Shown piece by piece: positions 1-12,424 of a stretch of DNA of 64,000 bases; position 1 is the stretch's first letter, and the number at the start of each line of letters is the position of its first letter. Below the pieces are notes generated by a model. That model was given only the letters and a program-made list of their open reading frames with translations. It was not told the DNA's origin and searched no databases. Source of the stretch: Hamiltosporidium tvaerminnensis FI-OER-3-3 (lineage: Eukaryota > Fungi > Microsporidia); assembly GCA_022605425.2 (NCBI GenBank), contig JAKIMF020000001.1:2170001-2234000 (forward strand), written 5' to 3'. A program made the translations under genes and the position numbers.

Positions 1-247
1 AACATTTAAATATCTTAGAATATAAAATGGCCAACCAAATAAGATAAGTTTTATCTTAGAAAAATACTTTAAAAATTACTTAGTTATATTTTTATTGATA
101 CTATAGAATTTAAATTCAATTTTATTAAGATGATGTTTTTATTTCTAAAATAAAAAATTCTAGAGTGTCTATAATTTGAAATTCTTAAGTTTTAAGTTTT
201 TTTGAAATATTTGATAATATAAAATATATATTGATATTCAAATATAT

Positions 248-970
248 TTATTTAAAAATATCACATCTTTTTACAAAGTAGCAAGTATTATATTTGTTTT
301 CATGACTTTAACGCAGTTCTAGGTTTAAAATAAATGACTGCTACCCCAACACTCCATCGGTAACCCCTGCGATACCTACGTCAAAGCCTTTCATCTACCA
401 GGTGTGTAGAACCTAATTACTAGGCGAGGCAGTTGCCCGGAGTTCGTTAATGTCAGTTGCATGGAGTGTGATCGAAGGCCGAAGCCCCTCCCTGGGTTCC
501 CCCAAGACTATCCAGCATTCTCACTTACTCTACACTTTCTGAACCCAATAAACTTCTAGCTAAGATATATTTCAGAGACTTACATGGGGTCCACCTAGAC
601 AGTGCAATGTCATACCAACAGGTATAACCTGCTACTTAGCTCTCCCGGCTTTTAATGGTTTTTATTTTTATATCTCCCACGCACTAAGTCTTTTACCCAA
701 GTAAGCAAGGCTAAGTTATCATGCTTCTACGTGGAAATTACCTACAATTCCGTCTGGGGTCTGCAATCTACTTAGATAAAAATTACAAATAAATTTGTAG
801 AAAAAGTTTCTCTATTTCTTAGACCTCTCCTCTTTATAACAACTCCCATGAAACAACCGAAGATCTAGTGTGGTTTGATTCCCACCATAAATCCAAACAA
901 GGATCCTCATACCAGTTTCCCATACTCGTTGCCAAGCAGAAAGTTTTTAATGTGGTTATCCCTCCCTCCA
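248..970 (-). mobile_element. Family A structured non-coding repeat (~720 bp), copy 1, near full length
   Basis: GC-richer island, collinear with copies at ~11185, ~20677, ~25033, ~29785 and 32176. No ORF in the track. Minus strand starts GGAGGGATAACCACATTAAAAAC and ends GATGTGATATTTTTAAATAA. Confidence 0.85.
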
Positions 971-1537
971 GTAGAGATTCACAAATATTTATTATTTATT
1001 TATAATGGACAAGTATAACAGAAGCATATACATGTAAAAATGATTATTAAAAACGTGATAGCATTAAAAGGGGAAAATATTTCGTTTTATTGTCTATCAA
1101 AATGATCAAAGCTCTAGCGATCGTAAAAGTTTGAATTTAGAAATTGATTTTATAATAAAAAAACAACACAGTTTTATAACTATATCCTTATTTTTACTTT
1201 AATAGTTTAAATTAAAAAAATAGAATAGAATTATTGGTTCGTGAATTACAAAATCAATAACTAGGGGAATGTGTGTATGATACATTAAAACAGATCTGTT
1301 TATTATCTAAAAATATTCAAAATAAATATGGCTATTTAATTTACAATCAAGTAAAAAACCAAGGAATAAATAATTATCTAAGATTTAATTATAAAAAAAT
1401 ATTTCGTAAAAATACACTTTTTATTATCAAAAAAAATAGAATCAAACATCGAAAAAATTTAAAAATTTATATTTTTATGTTCAACAAGAATCTAAACTAT
1501 TCAAATAAATAAATAAAATTAAAAATGCTTTGTTTAA

Positions 1538-2608
1538 TCAATAATCATCACCAATCGTTAGAATTTCTTTACCATGTTCTCCAATAAAAATTGTATGTTC
1601 AAATTGTGAAACAAATGAATTTTTAATATCCACCAATGGTGGATAACTGTCAATAGCTTTGAGCATAGCAAGCATTTTTACAGGAACCAACGAAGAATTT
1701 TGAGAAGGCATCAGATGATCGATATATCGCGGACAGAAAGGAAGAGTTGTAAGTTTTTTTTTAATAATTTCGTACACAGTCTTAACATTTTCATTTTTAA
1801 CTTGAATTTTTCTTGAAGGATTTAAAATATAATGTGAGCAGTTCTTTCCATTTACTACGTATCCTCCTCCTGTCGTAGCAAATGTCTCAATCGCGTAGAA
1901 AGTATTTTCTTTGACTTTTGTTTTATCTTTATTATCCACAGGTGGTATACTTATTCCTGCGTGTATTGTAAATTTTTCAATGGAATGGCCATTGAGATTT
2001 TCTACTGGTTTGATAGGAAATATTTGATTATTTATTTCTACTTCGTAACTATATATTACCTCTGATATGGCTGCACCTACATCACATACTCTAACATCAA
2101 CTCCCATATTTTTTATACCGACTCGTGTTGCCTCTTTAGAGGCAGCAAGAAGTGGTTCGTATGTTGGATCGAATGCCACAGTAAAAGCTGAGTCCATTAT
2201 AACACCGTTAGAATGAGTTCCGAAATCAATTTTTAAAACATCTTTTTCAGTTAAAAAAATATCTTCGTCGCCTGGATTTAAAGTAAAATGTGCTGCACAT
2301 TCGTTTAAAGAAATACCGGTAGGAAATCCTATTCCATCATTCATTTCTCCTTTTAAAAGAATTCTTGTGTTGTCTTCGACAGTTTCTACTATTTTTTTTA
2401 AAGAAACACCTGGTTTTATAATTTGCTGTAAATTTTGTCTGTTTCTTCTGTGGGCTTCTGCTGCTCTTCTGGCATCTTTTAAAATATCATTTACAAATTC
2501 ATTGGGTATTTCTGAATTTGAAGAGTCAAATAAAATATTTTTTTTATAGTTTCCTTCGGATTCTAAAAACTCGATAGAATTCGGTTCAACATTATTTATT
2601 AGAAGCAT
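1538..2608 (-). CDS. MAP2: Methionine aminopeptidase 2
   Basis: RRAAEAHRR, GFPTG.S.N.CAAH, KIDFGTH, DSAFT, NLNGHSI, AIETF, SQFEHT and C-terminal GDDY motifs. CCC before ATG (TTTACCCTAAAATG). Confidence 0.97.
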   Translation of the reverse strand: MLLINNVEPNSIEFLESEGNYKKNILFDSSNSEIPNEFVNDILKDARRAAEAHRRNRQNLQQIIKPGVSLKKIVETVEDNTRILLKGEMNDGIGFPTGISLNECAAHFTLNPGDEDIFLTEKDVLKIDFGTHSNGVIMDSAFTVAFDPTYEPLLAASKEATRVGIKNMGVDVRVCDVGAAISEVIYSYEVEINNQIFPIKPVENLNGHSIEKFTIHAGISIPPVDNKDKTKVKENTFYAIETFATTGGGYVVNGKNCSHYILNPSRKIQVKNENVKTVYEIIKKKLTTLPFCPRYIDHLMPSQNSSLVPVKMLAMLKAIDSYPPLVDIKNSFVSQFEHTIFIGEHGKEILTIGDDY

Positions 2609-3697
2609 TTTAGGGTAAAAAAATCACATCTTTTTTAAAGAAATATTTGATAAAATCAAAAAATAAGTGAACTGTCAAAAACTGAAACGACTAAGGAATT
2701 AAGAGAATATAAAAACGGAAGGTAAAACAGACCTTTAAATTGAATTTAATGAACAAATTTGAATACAGATCTATAAATGGATGGAAAACAAATCTATAAA
2801 TGTATTTAAAACAAATATTTAAATCGAATGTAAAGAGCTATTCAAGAAACAGATCTATAAATAGATGCAAAACGGATATATAAATCGAATTGAACGAAAG
2901 GTTTCAAGTAACAAATTTAAAAGTAAATACAAAGAAAAAAAATGTAAAAACATATTAAAGAAAAGTTTTAAATAAAAATTTAATTTATAAAAAAAATTGT
3001 TTACATTCTAAGAACAATACTGACTCAATTAGTATGTATTTAAATAAAAGGAATTTATTTTCTATTCGTTTTCAGATTAAATAGTATTTTTAATTTATAA
3101 ATTTCATATTCTTTTTATGAAAAAGATATAAATAGACACTTAACGGTTGCTAGATGTCATCAAAAAGAGTACAGAAAATGAAATAAAATATATTATATTG
3201 AGGAAAGAATTATGAGCAAAAAATATATATGAAACTAAATACCAAGAAAATATCTTGAATGCCAAAAAAAATTAGTATTTGAATATGATAAATGTGGTAA
3301 ATAAAAGGAAGATAAGAAATAAGATTTTAAATACAGTGATGAAGTTTATATGCTACTTTTATATTAACCGTTTACCTTATATATTATTAGTTTAATTAAA
3401 ATAAATAGAGTTTTTAAAAAAAAAATATTTTTGAACTAAATATGAAAAATACCAATCTATTGGTGTTTAGAATAACGAATATGTCTTTTATATTGAGTTT
3501 TAATTTTTTACAGAAATATGTTTTTCTATTTAGAAAATATATTAAACTACTCTTCTTGCATTTTTGTTAGCAATATAAATTCAAATGTAAATATATAGAA
3601 ATTAAAAATATACTTTAACGTATGAATATTACCTTTGAAGAAAATTTAATAAACAATTTAAGGTATAAAAATGATAGAATAGATGGGAAGTAGATTG

Positions 3698-4051
3698 TTT
3701 TTGAAATTTTATATCAGTAGAGAGACTAAAAACCATTTTTATTTGATCCAAGTTATATAATAGATAATAATTGAGTTTTTATGAAATTTTATATCAGTAG
3801 AGAGACTAATAACAATTTTTATTTGATCCAAGTTATATAATATATAATAATTGAGTTTTTATGAAATTTTATATCAGTAGAGAGACTAAAAACCATTTTT
3901 ATTTGATCTAAGTTATAAAATCGATAATAATTGAGTTTTTATGAAATTTTATATCAGAAGAGAGACTAAAAACCATTTTTATTTGATCCAAGTTATATAA
4001 TAGATAATAATTGAGTTTTTATGAAACTTTATATCAGAAGAGAGACTAAAA
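3698..4051. repeat. Tandem repeat, 80-bp unit, ~4.4 copies
   Basis: TGAAA(T/C)TTTATATCAG(T/A)AGAGAGACTAA recurs at 3702, 3782, 3862, 3942 and 4022. Confidence 0.95.
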
Positions 4052-4078
4052 ATAAAATTTGGTTTAATAAAATTATAA

Positions 4079-5368
4079 TTAACTTTTATTTTTTAAATTT
4101 AAAAAGCTTATATCATATCTTTTTCCATTCGATTCCTTTGCACTTTTAAGTGAAATCTCGATATAATGTTTATTATCTGGTGTAGATTGAGATCCTATAT
4201 TACAAACTACAGTAGGTCCAATCTGCTTTTCAAATGTGATAAGTTTTGAACATTGAATTAAAAAATCTGGTGATACATCCATATCCAGATAATTATGTTT
4301 TTCGTAGCAAATAGGACTTTTTGAGGGGAAAACGGGTACAAAGGATTTTTGATAAATTAAATGGTGACAAATACGAGAAATTCTGTCATTGCAGAATAAC
4401 ATGTCTGAACATTTATCCGCTTTTTCATTTTCTTGATTACAAAACAATTCTTCGGAACTCAAAGATAAAAGAATATCTGATGTTGAAAGCCCAAATAGAA
4501 ATTCGTTTACATAAAAAAGTGAAGGATTTGAAAACATTAAAATTCTGTCATCAAATTTTTTATCATTTAAAAATGTAAATGAATGAGGAAAAATACCAAC
4601 AGTGAACACATCTTCCGGATGTGGAATTAATATAACTTTTAAATTCATACCTTTTCTAACATATTTTTCTATTCTAACCAAAATTTCATCCGTAAATATT
4701 TCTTGTGGTGAAGATTCGTATTTAGCAGTCATTTTTGAATCAACAAATGGCCCAAAAAGAATCAAAACATCATAAATTTTTTCTAAAATTAAATCCAAAG
4801 ATTCAAATTTTGTAGATTCATTCCAAAACGGACCGGAAAAACAACATACACTTATTGGTCCATTTTCATAATTTTTTGAATATAAATTTTCTTCATCTTC
4901 TACAGCAGAACTATATGAAATAGTAGGAATACAATGTATTTCCTCTGCTATAATTTCATTTCCGTTTGGATTTTTTCCAAAAATTACAATAATTTGACCT
5001 GGAAAGAAAGAATATTTTTTCAAATATTTAACGTTTAGTTTGACCAAAACATCATTACTATCATCAATGTTACTAACCACGTATAAAGAATCATTCGTTA
5101 ATTTTGTAGAGGTATGTATTAAAACCATCCCTATCGTATAAAAAGATATATGTGATTGGTGATTAATAGAATGAAATTCTGTTATATTTAAAACTTCTTT
5201 AAATGATTCTTTCATTTGGTTTAATCTATGTTTAACATAATTTTGTTTGTCAGAACTTTTTAAATAAAATAAATTTTCTTCTTTGTATATCTTTACTGGC
5301 CTGATTTCAATATTATTTCTAAATTTATTTTTCTTCAAAATATTAAACATTTTTTCGTCCATTTCCAT
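4079..5368 (-). CDS. POL12: DNA polymerase alpha subunit B
   Basis: YSFFPGQI...GKNPNG, SGPF, DVLILFGPFVD, SNPS, SRICHHLIYQKSFVPVFP and SPDFLI motifs of the Pol alpha/epsilon B family. Confidence 0.9.
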   Translation of the reverse strand: MEMDEKMFNILKKNKFRNNIEIRPVKIYKEENLFYLKSSDKQNYVKHRLNQMKESFKEVLNITEFHSINHQSHISFYTIGMVLIHTSTKLTNDSLYVVSNIDDSNDVLVKLNVKYLKKYSFFPGQIIVIFGKNPNGNEIIAEEIHCIPTISYSSAVEDEENLYSKNYENGPISVCCFSGPFWNESTKFESLDLILEKIYDVLILFGPFVDSKMTAKYESSPQEIFTDEILVRIEKYVRKGMNLKVILIPHPEDVFTVGIFPHSFTFLNDKKFDDRILMFSNPSLFYVNEFLFGLSTSDILLSLSSEELFCNQENEKADKCSDMLFCNDRISRICHHLIYQKSFVPVFPSKSPICYEKHNYLDMDVSPDFLIQCSKLITFEKQIGPTVVCNIGSQSTPDNKHYIEISLKSAKESNGKRYDISFLNLKNKS

Positions 5369-5628
5369 ATAATCAAAGCTAATGGTTATAATGGGTTCGT
5401 TAAGATTTAAAAGTTTTCAGTTAAAATTTTAAGAAATTTTTTCAATTTAGGATGAAATTTTAATTTAGAAAATTTTAGAATTAATTTTACAATAAAACGT
5501 GGCACATATTTTTTTAAGTGAATTTTTATTTTGCTTGAAAATCGACGTGGAAGATCACTTTTTTATAATATTTTTTTAAAAATTACAAGAATTATTAAAA
5601 TTAATTATTTGTTAGGAATAAAATGGAA

Positions 5629-5750
5629 AGAAAAGACCGCCCGACTTCTAAGAATAGAATACTGGTAGAATGTTGTGCTGGTAAAGCCCGGTGGGCGGCA
5701 TTACAGTGGGAGGCCAAGGCTCGTGCAGGACTGTAGCGCCGAGGATAAAT
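5629..5750 (+). mobile_element. 3' part of an RTE-derived non-autonomous element
   Basis: Ends GAGGCCAAGGCTCGTGCAGGACTGTAGCGCCGAGGAT, resembling RTE-clade 3' termini. Homologous to the minus strand of 52715-52785. Confidence 0.65.
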
Positions 5751-5904
5751 AAAAAAGGAAAAGGTTTGTATTTCCAAAGTTTGAATTATGAGAAAATATT
5801 ATATACAAGACAGAATATGAATTTTTGAATTCTTTAATTGGAAAAACATAGCAAATTACATGCCTGAATTACTTGGGTTCAAATGCTTTTGAGTTTTACT
5901 TATC

Positions 5905-5962
5905 TATTTTTTCCGTTCCTCTTGTCGCTCTCGGTGTTAATGATGAACAAATTAACGCCAAA
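5905..5962 (-). repeat. Family B 3'-end fragment
   Basis: TTCCGTTCCTCTTGTCGCTCTCGGTGTTAATGATGAACAAAT matches the left ends of the 23245 and 31781 copies. Confidence 0.5.
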
Positions 5963-6579
5963 ATTTTCTGTCCCTAACCAATGCCCTGGCATTTTCTAGG
6001 TCTATTCCTTTTTCAACGAAGGCCGGTTTCAATGAGTCAAACCATTTCAGCCTTGGTCTCTCTTTGGTTGTTTGAACTCGCATCTTGCATCATATGTTTA
6101 TTTAGAGATTCTTTCGTTTTTCATTCTGCTCATATGTTTAAACTAGCGCAATTTTTGTCTATCTAAATCCCCAATGATAATTTCGTTTGAAGGCACTGCC
6201 TGATCATCTGATTTCTGATTCTTTCTGTTCTATCTCACCCTAATATATGTCTCAAAATCACATTTCAGTAGATTGTATTCTGCTACATATGCTTAATGAG
6301 AGTGTCGATGATTCAAAGCCATGACATTTGAGTTTTAAGTTTATGAATTCAGAAATAAGCAGAAATGTTTTTTTATTAATTTTTACAACGAATTCATGTG
6401 TAGTATTACATAAAATGATTCTACAAATTATAATGTTATACTTATCTAATGTCAGCTTTTTTGGTTTTCTAGAGAGTTAATTCAATTATTACAAGAAAAA
6501 TTTAAAGATATAGAATGACAAACCTGTTTCAACATAACTTAAAATCATATTCAAAAGAATATATTGCATTTCTTCAAAC

Positions 6580-7740
6580 AATTGTTAGGAAAAGGTATTC
6601 CGCTGACTGATATGTACAAGCATTTGTATCAACATATAACAGAATTTGAAAGATGTTTGCATGGTGTCGAGCTGGGAAGTTAACATATGCTTTTGCGGAT
6701 ATTGGATTGTTTGGAAAAAAGTAAAAAAAAATAAAAAAACAGTTATTATAAAGATAAATGATACTATTAAAACCCATCTTGCTCTAATAAAAAGATTAAT
6801 ATAAGTTAAATATAGAATAGAAGGAAATCACGGCGAGGTTAAATTATCAAACAATTAAACAGAAAATATATGTCATAAAATGAAACACAAAAAATACATT
6901 CTTAATTTTAAAAAGCTAGAGATAAAAAGGTTGTTGATTATGAAACTTAACAATGGCTTAATAACGAGCAAACCAGGCGGCACGACGAAGTGATTTTCTA
7001 TTACACTTAGGAGTGAACATATTTTGGGGAGCAGAAAGAAGATATTAACTTTGAAATTCCGGAAAGTCAGTTTTATGTTTGTAAAATACAATGAAAAGCG
7101 GAAGACGTGACTATATAGACTACATTATGAATTTATTTGGTTTTTATGTCCATAAATTACAAATAAATATAACCTCAAGTTTTCAAAACAGATTAGATGA
7201 CGCATTTTCAAGAAATTATTGGAGTTTATTTTTCAGAAAAACGAGCGGAATCAGATTAAAAATCAATTTTGGAATTCGGAATAATAGATCAGATATGAAT
7301 TTTATTAGGGAAGAAATCAAATATTATGTATTCTTTTGGGGTGAAATTACATCAAAAGATTCATCTTAAATAGTTAAAACATTGAAATTAACGAAGTACG
7401 ATATCTGGCCAGTATGTTAGTTCTTATAATTAAGTTTAGTGTGGAAATAAATTTTATGTGATAACATAGGACGGTATTGTGACAAAATAATATAGTATGT
7501 ATCTTTACAACGACTAATAACTATGAATTTACATTAAACATTTCTTATAAAGCTTAAAAAAAAATTAAAACCGATTTTTTTGATAACAAAGAAAGTAGGC
7601 CAAATTTAAATGCTTATAAGACATTCTAAAATCAGCTGTTTGATTTCACTCGAGAAACAGAGAGAAATATAGCTTTTATGCTTCTTAAAATAAAATCAAT
7701 GACGAAGAAGATAGTAAAACAAATAAAAAGCAGAAAACAG
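6580..7740 (+). pseudogene. Highly degenerate 3' fragment of the R4/Dong-type retrotransposon (ends approximate)
   Basis: Patchy identity to the intact element, e.g. AAAACCCATCTTGC, TTTTGGGGAGCAGA, AATTCGGAATAA and GGACGGTATTGTGACAAAATA. Many indels. Confidence 0.8.
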
Positions 7741-8349
7741 AACACATAATTTTAAATATAGCAAATGCAGACAAATATATGATAATAAATTTGAAAAGAG
7801 GTTGGTTTTAAATTAAACATATAGGGATAAAATTTATAGAGTATTCCTTGAAGAAAAGATAAAACAATACTTGCCTAAGTATTTAGCCAAATTCTAGATT
7901 TTCCTATTTTAAATACTAGTGTAATTATGGTTGTACTAAACCTGTTCAAATCACTGAGATTGATTTTCTAAAAAGTACATCTGAAATAAAAAAAAATTAA
8001 ACGAATAGGGAATAAATTATTATCTAAATAAACTATCAGAATTTTTGAATTATATATTTATTAAATGCTAAATATGTTTGTATAAAAGTCTTTTTTAAGT
8101 TTTGTGCTCATTTTTTTATTAATCTGGTTCACAATTGAATCTGTCATTTTATATTATAATTTACTGAATATGTTTTATTCGAACTTATTTCAAAATATAA
8201 GACTTTTTGAGTAATCTAAATGATTGTTCTGGTTAAAAAATTTCAGAAAATTGTTCTAAAAATTGCAACCAATCTAAATCACTAGTTTTTTCGGTTATTT
8301 GTATATATATTCAAATTAAATTTTTGTATAATAAAAAATAAATTTCTAA

Positions 8350-10611
8350 AATTTACATGAACGATTAAAATTTTTAATCTATGCTTTCATTCGCCTAATT
8401 TTTTCGGAAAAAAACTTGATCTTTCACGTCATTTACGAAGATACAAATTTTATATGTTCTGACGAATTAATGAATTTACAAGAAATTTATGAAAAAAATG
8501 ATGTAATAATGAAATTTACAAGGGAAAATAAAAAACATTCCGAAGAAAAGAGTTTCGAACTCCATGTTTTTCTTTTTACAACAATAAACATTCATCTAGA
8601 ATTTAAATACGATATAAAAGAAAATTATAAAAAGAATAATGAATTTGTAACAATATTAAAAAACATCGATATAAAACATATTATCAATTTCTGTTGTTTC
8701 CTAAAAACATATTATATACCAACGAATAACATAAAATGTATTGATTTTATTGTGTATATATATATTTTTGAAAAAATGAATCTCAAGTTGAACATACCTT
8801 TATCAAATTTAATAAAGAGTCTTTTGATTTCCTTCATATCATATCCCGGTCAAAATAATATAAAAGAATTTCCTGGATCAAGTTCGTACTTTAAAAAGTA
8901 CACAATTTCCAAATCTTTTTTCGTATTCATTTTTAATATTTTTGAAAAGATCTATTTTGTATCGCAAAAATCATTAAAAATTTTAATATTCCAAGATGAA
9001 TATTACAGTAACGTGTATGAATATGAAATTTTGTCTTGCGAAATATTAGAAAATTCTTTTGTTGTTTCACAAAGTCTTGTTGAAGGTATCAACTATTTAA
9101 TTTTAAAAGATGAAAATTTTAAATATATCTTTACAATTTTTTTTTCTATTTATGATTTTGATACGTTGCTTATATATGATGTTAATGTTCTTGCTTTAGA
9201 ATCCATAGCTTTTATATTTTCTATTCTACAAAGAGACATTAGAAATGTAATTTTTTATCATATATGCTTTAAAAATGAATTAATTACATTTTTAAATACC
9301 TGTGATTTTTTTGACTTAAAAGATACAATATGTTTTTTGAATTAACAGCTCGATATAAATGTAGAATATATTTCCTTAAATCTCACTAGTGTTAGGAATA
9401 TTTTATTTTTCAAGAACCATGGATTGCAACCGGTAGTGTTAAATGAGAGTATAAATCCAAAACTTTCAAATTTTATTAAACAATATTTTAGATTAATCTC
9501 AAACCACCATATTAATTTAACTAACATTAAAATTTTAATGTCTGGATTTTGTTTTCCTAGTCCGGAAGGTAGTGAGAACATGTTTAGATGTTTAATAAGT
9601 AATATAAAACACCAAGGGATAAAATACTATTGTTTTTTACGTTTAAAATCTAGTATTATAAATGTTGATGGGATCGTTGAAAATTTTGAGAACATATTGT
9701 ATCAAAAATGGAGTCTACTAGAGACAGAAATTAAAAGTTTTAATTTTAATGATCGATTATTGAAATTGAATATTCATGAAATCCAGTTGAAAAATATTGC
9801 ATTGAATACAAAAGATTTAAACAAATTATTTATTCTTGATAATTTAAAAAAAATCTTTTTTATTGATTCTACACTTATCGATGCAAGTAAAATATATATT
9901 GACAAAAATAAATCCATCAAGACGGTTAAATTTATTACGAAGTCTTTCAAAATCAATACAATGTTATTAGAATTTCTTAAAAGTTTACAAAATCTTGATA
10001 AATTGTCCATATATACAGACAGAATTATATCCGATAGAATAGAAAATTATACTACATCAAAAAACTTCATATTCCTTAAACACTTTAAGATATATTCTAA
10101 AACACTACCAAAATGTTCAAACTCCTTTTTTTCAATGTTGCGAATTTCCCACATAGTTTCAATTCAGACAAAATCAGAAATGACAATATTTTCAAGTATT
10201 TTTAAAAATTACTGCGCCTTTAAGTTAATTGAAATACAACTTTTGAAAATATTAATAACCCAAACCGAACAAAAACTTCTACAAAATAGCCGACAACTTA
10301 TGATTCTTGATATTTCTGAATGTACTTTTAAGAACATTAGTTTCAGCGAATTATTTAATTTACAAGACAGTTATGATATTCAATCTTTAGTTTTAAAAGA
10401 AATTTGACTGACAAAAAAAGACTTTGAATTCATTATAAAGTTAAAAAGATTAGAGACTTTAAAGCTGTTGGATTGCAGTTACGATTATGAATGTATGTGT
10501 TATTTGCAATATAAATATTTTGTGCAAATTGAAAATGTCTATATAGAAGTTTCTCAAAATAGTTTTAATCAAGAATTTGAACAACAATTAATGGAAATCT
10601 TTCCCATTTAA
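8350..10611 (+). pseudogene. Lineage-specific secreted LRR-like protein (~750 codons) with two in-frame stops and no start ATG
   Basis: ORFs 8416-9345 and 9424-10407 share a frame, which continues to TAA 10609-10611. Hydrophobic N-terminus LKFLIYAFIRLIFS. LxxLxL units such as LQNLDKLSI, LMILDISEC and LETLKLLDC. Confidence 0.7.
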
Positions 10612-11184
10612 ATAGACTTCTGCCTTTATTTTTAGCTATTAAAATTTTACTTGACATCAATGTATATTATTATAATCAAATTTACACTTTCATATTTATT
10701 CTTTGAATTATATTTTTTATTAATTACATTACTCTGTAAAAAAACGAATTATTATAATACTGATGAAATTATTGTTTGCCTGTTTTATTTAAACCCATCT
10801 TATTGCCCGCTGCTTTATTTACATTCTCTCATATTCCCTCAAATTTTAACTTTTTTTCCGAATAATTGACAGTGCTTGTAGTATAGAAAATCAAATAATA
10901 ATATTTTTCTCAAGTCATACTTAAATTTTAAGCCTTATAATATTTTGAATAGAAATTATGTTGCATATATCTATTTTTTTTCTATTATAATATTCGGTAA
11001 AAAAAATTTTCTACCTCTCATCTGTATTTGATCTTGAATTATATTTCTTCGTATAGAAAAATCGTTTCAACCTTCTTTTTGTCTACTATCAACTGTATAT
11101 GTGCATCTAGTCTACTGGTATATAGTCCTTCTTATACAAGCCATATTTTATGTTATAATTTATATTTGAACTAGACAATTTTTA

Positions 11185-11898
11185 TTATTTAAATATACCA
11201 CATCTTTTTAAAAAAGTGGCATAAGTTATTCTTGGCTCTTATGACATTAACACTGTTCTAGGCTTATCACAAATAACTACTCCCAAATACTCCATCGGTA
11301 CTCTCTAATATACTTAAAACACACAGCCTTCTATCTAAAAGGTGTTTTAAATTAAATTAAAGAGCAAGACAGTTGTTCAGAATTCGTTAATATCTGTTGC
11401 ATGGAGATGATCAAAGCCCGAAATCCAATTTTGCATCCCTCAAGACTATGCAGCGTTCCCACTTATTCCACACATACATAACCTGATAAATTTCCAGCTA
11501 AGATATGTCTCGGCGACTTCATGGATTCCAACATGATAATAAATGTCATACCAACCGGTAAAATCTGCTATTTAGCTTTTCCGGCTTTAAAGATTTTTAT
11601 TTTTATATCTCGCAGACGCTAAATCTTCTATCCCGAGTGATAAACGCTCGATTATATGCTTTTACATGGATTACCTACAAGTTCAGCTGCTGTATCCAAT
11701 CTAGTTACATAAAAAACTACAAAATATATCTATAGAGCAATTTTCGCCCTTTCATAGACATTTTCCTCCTCATAGAAGCACCCCTGGAGCAACCTCAAAA
11801 GTAGTGTGGTTTTATTTTCACAAAAATCTAAACAATGATTCCATACTTCATCTATTCATGCTAAGTAGAAAGTTTTTATTATGGTTTTCGAAACTCCA
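11185..11898 (-). mobile_element. Family A repeat, copy 2 (diverged)
   Basis: Collinear with copy 1. TAGACAAT on both flanks (11172-11179 and 11907-11914) is a probable decayed TSD. Confidence 0.85.
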
Positions 11899-12424
11899 CC
11901 ATACGTTAGACAATATAGTTATTTGTTTATAACTTACTATGTGTTATTATGGCTTATCAAGGATTAGTCTCATTCAAAATCAACATCTACCTTTCAAGAT
12001 CCTCTTGTTTCTATTAGTCCATATCAAGATTGTAGAAATATTTTTTTACATTATCTAGGCATATGATTACGGTGATCCTAAAGTCTTAGATCACCTGGTT
12101 CGCATATTTACAACTGTTTAAATTTTTGTTTTCTAGCATACGCACATGATGGCCCAGCCATGGGATCTGATTCTTTTGTTTTTTCTGACAAACTCTGTGA
12201 TGTGATATAAATTTTTGAGCCCGAAATTGTTAAAAATTTTTCACTCTCCTCTTTAGTTTCATGTTAATCCGTATATTCTCGGTATGATATTTAGTTCCCA
12301 TAGACCTAGTATAGCTTCATTAAGTCTAGTCAGTATCGATGTTACAAGCCGTACATATAATAGGTCCAGGAATAGTTCTATATATCATCTTCTTTATATA
12401 ATTTTTTATATCGTCAAACTATTT

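Noticed and set aside
560-875. Group I intron R/S-like words on the plus strand of Family A (TTCAGAGACTTACA; AAGATATAGT in copy 4)
   Set aside because: The P7 strands do not pair in any copy (no UAGUC), and the tetraloops and G-U pairs favour the opposite strand.
866-887. tRNA T-arm/B-box-like GTGGTTTGATTCCCACCA
   Set aside because: No cloverleaf and no correctly spaced A box. It is part of the repeat head.
3698-4051. CRISPR-like periodicity
   Set aside because: The whole 80-bp unit repeats with no unique spacers, the context is eukaryotic and there are no cas genes.
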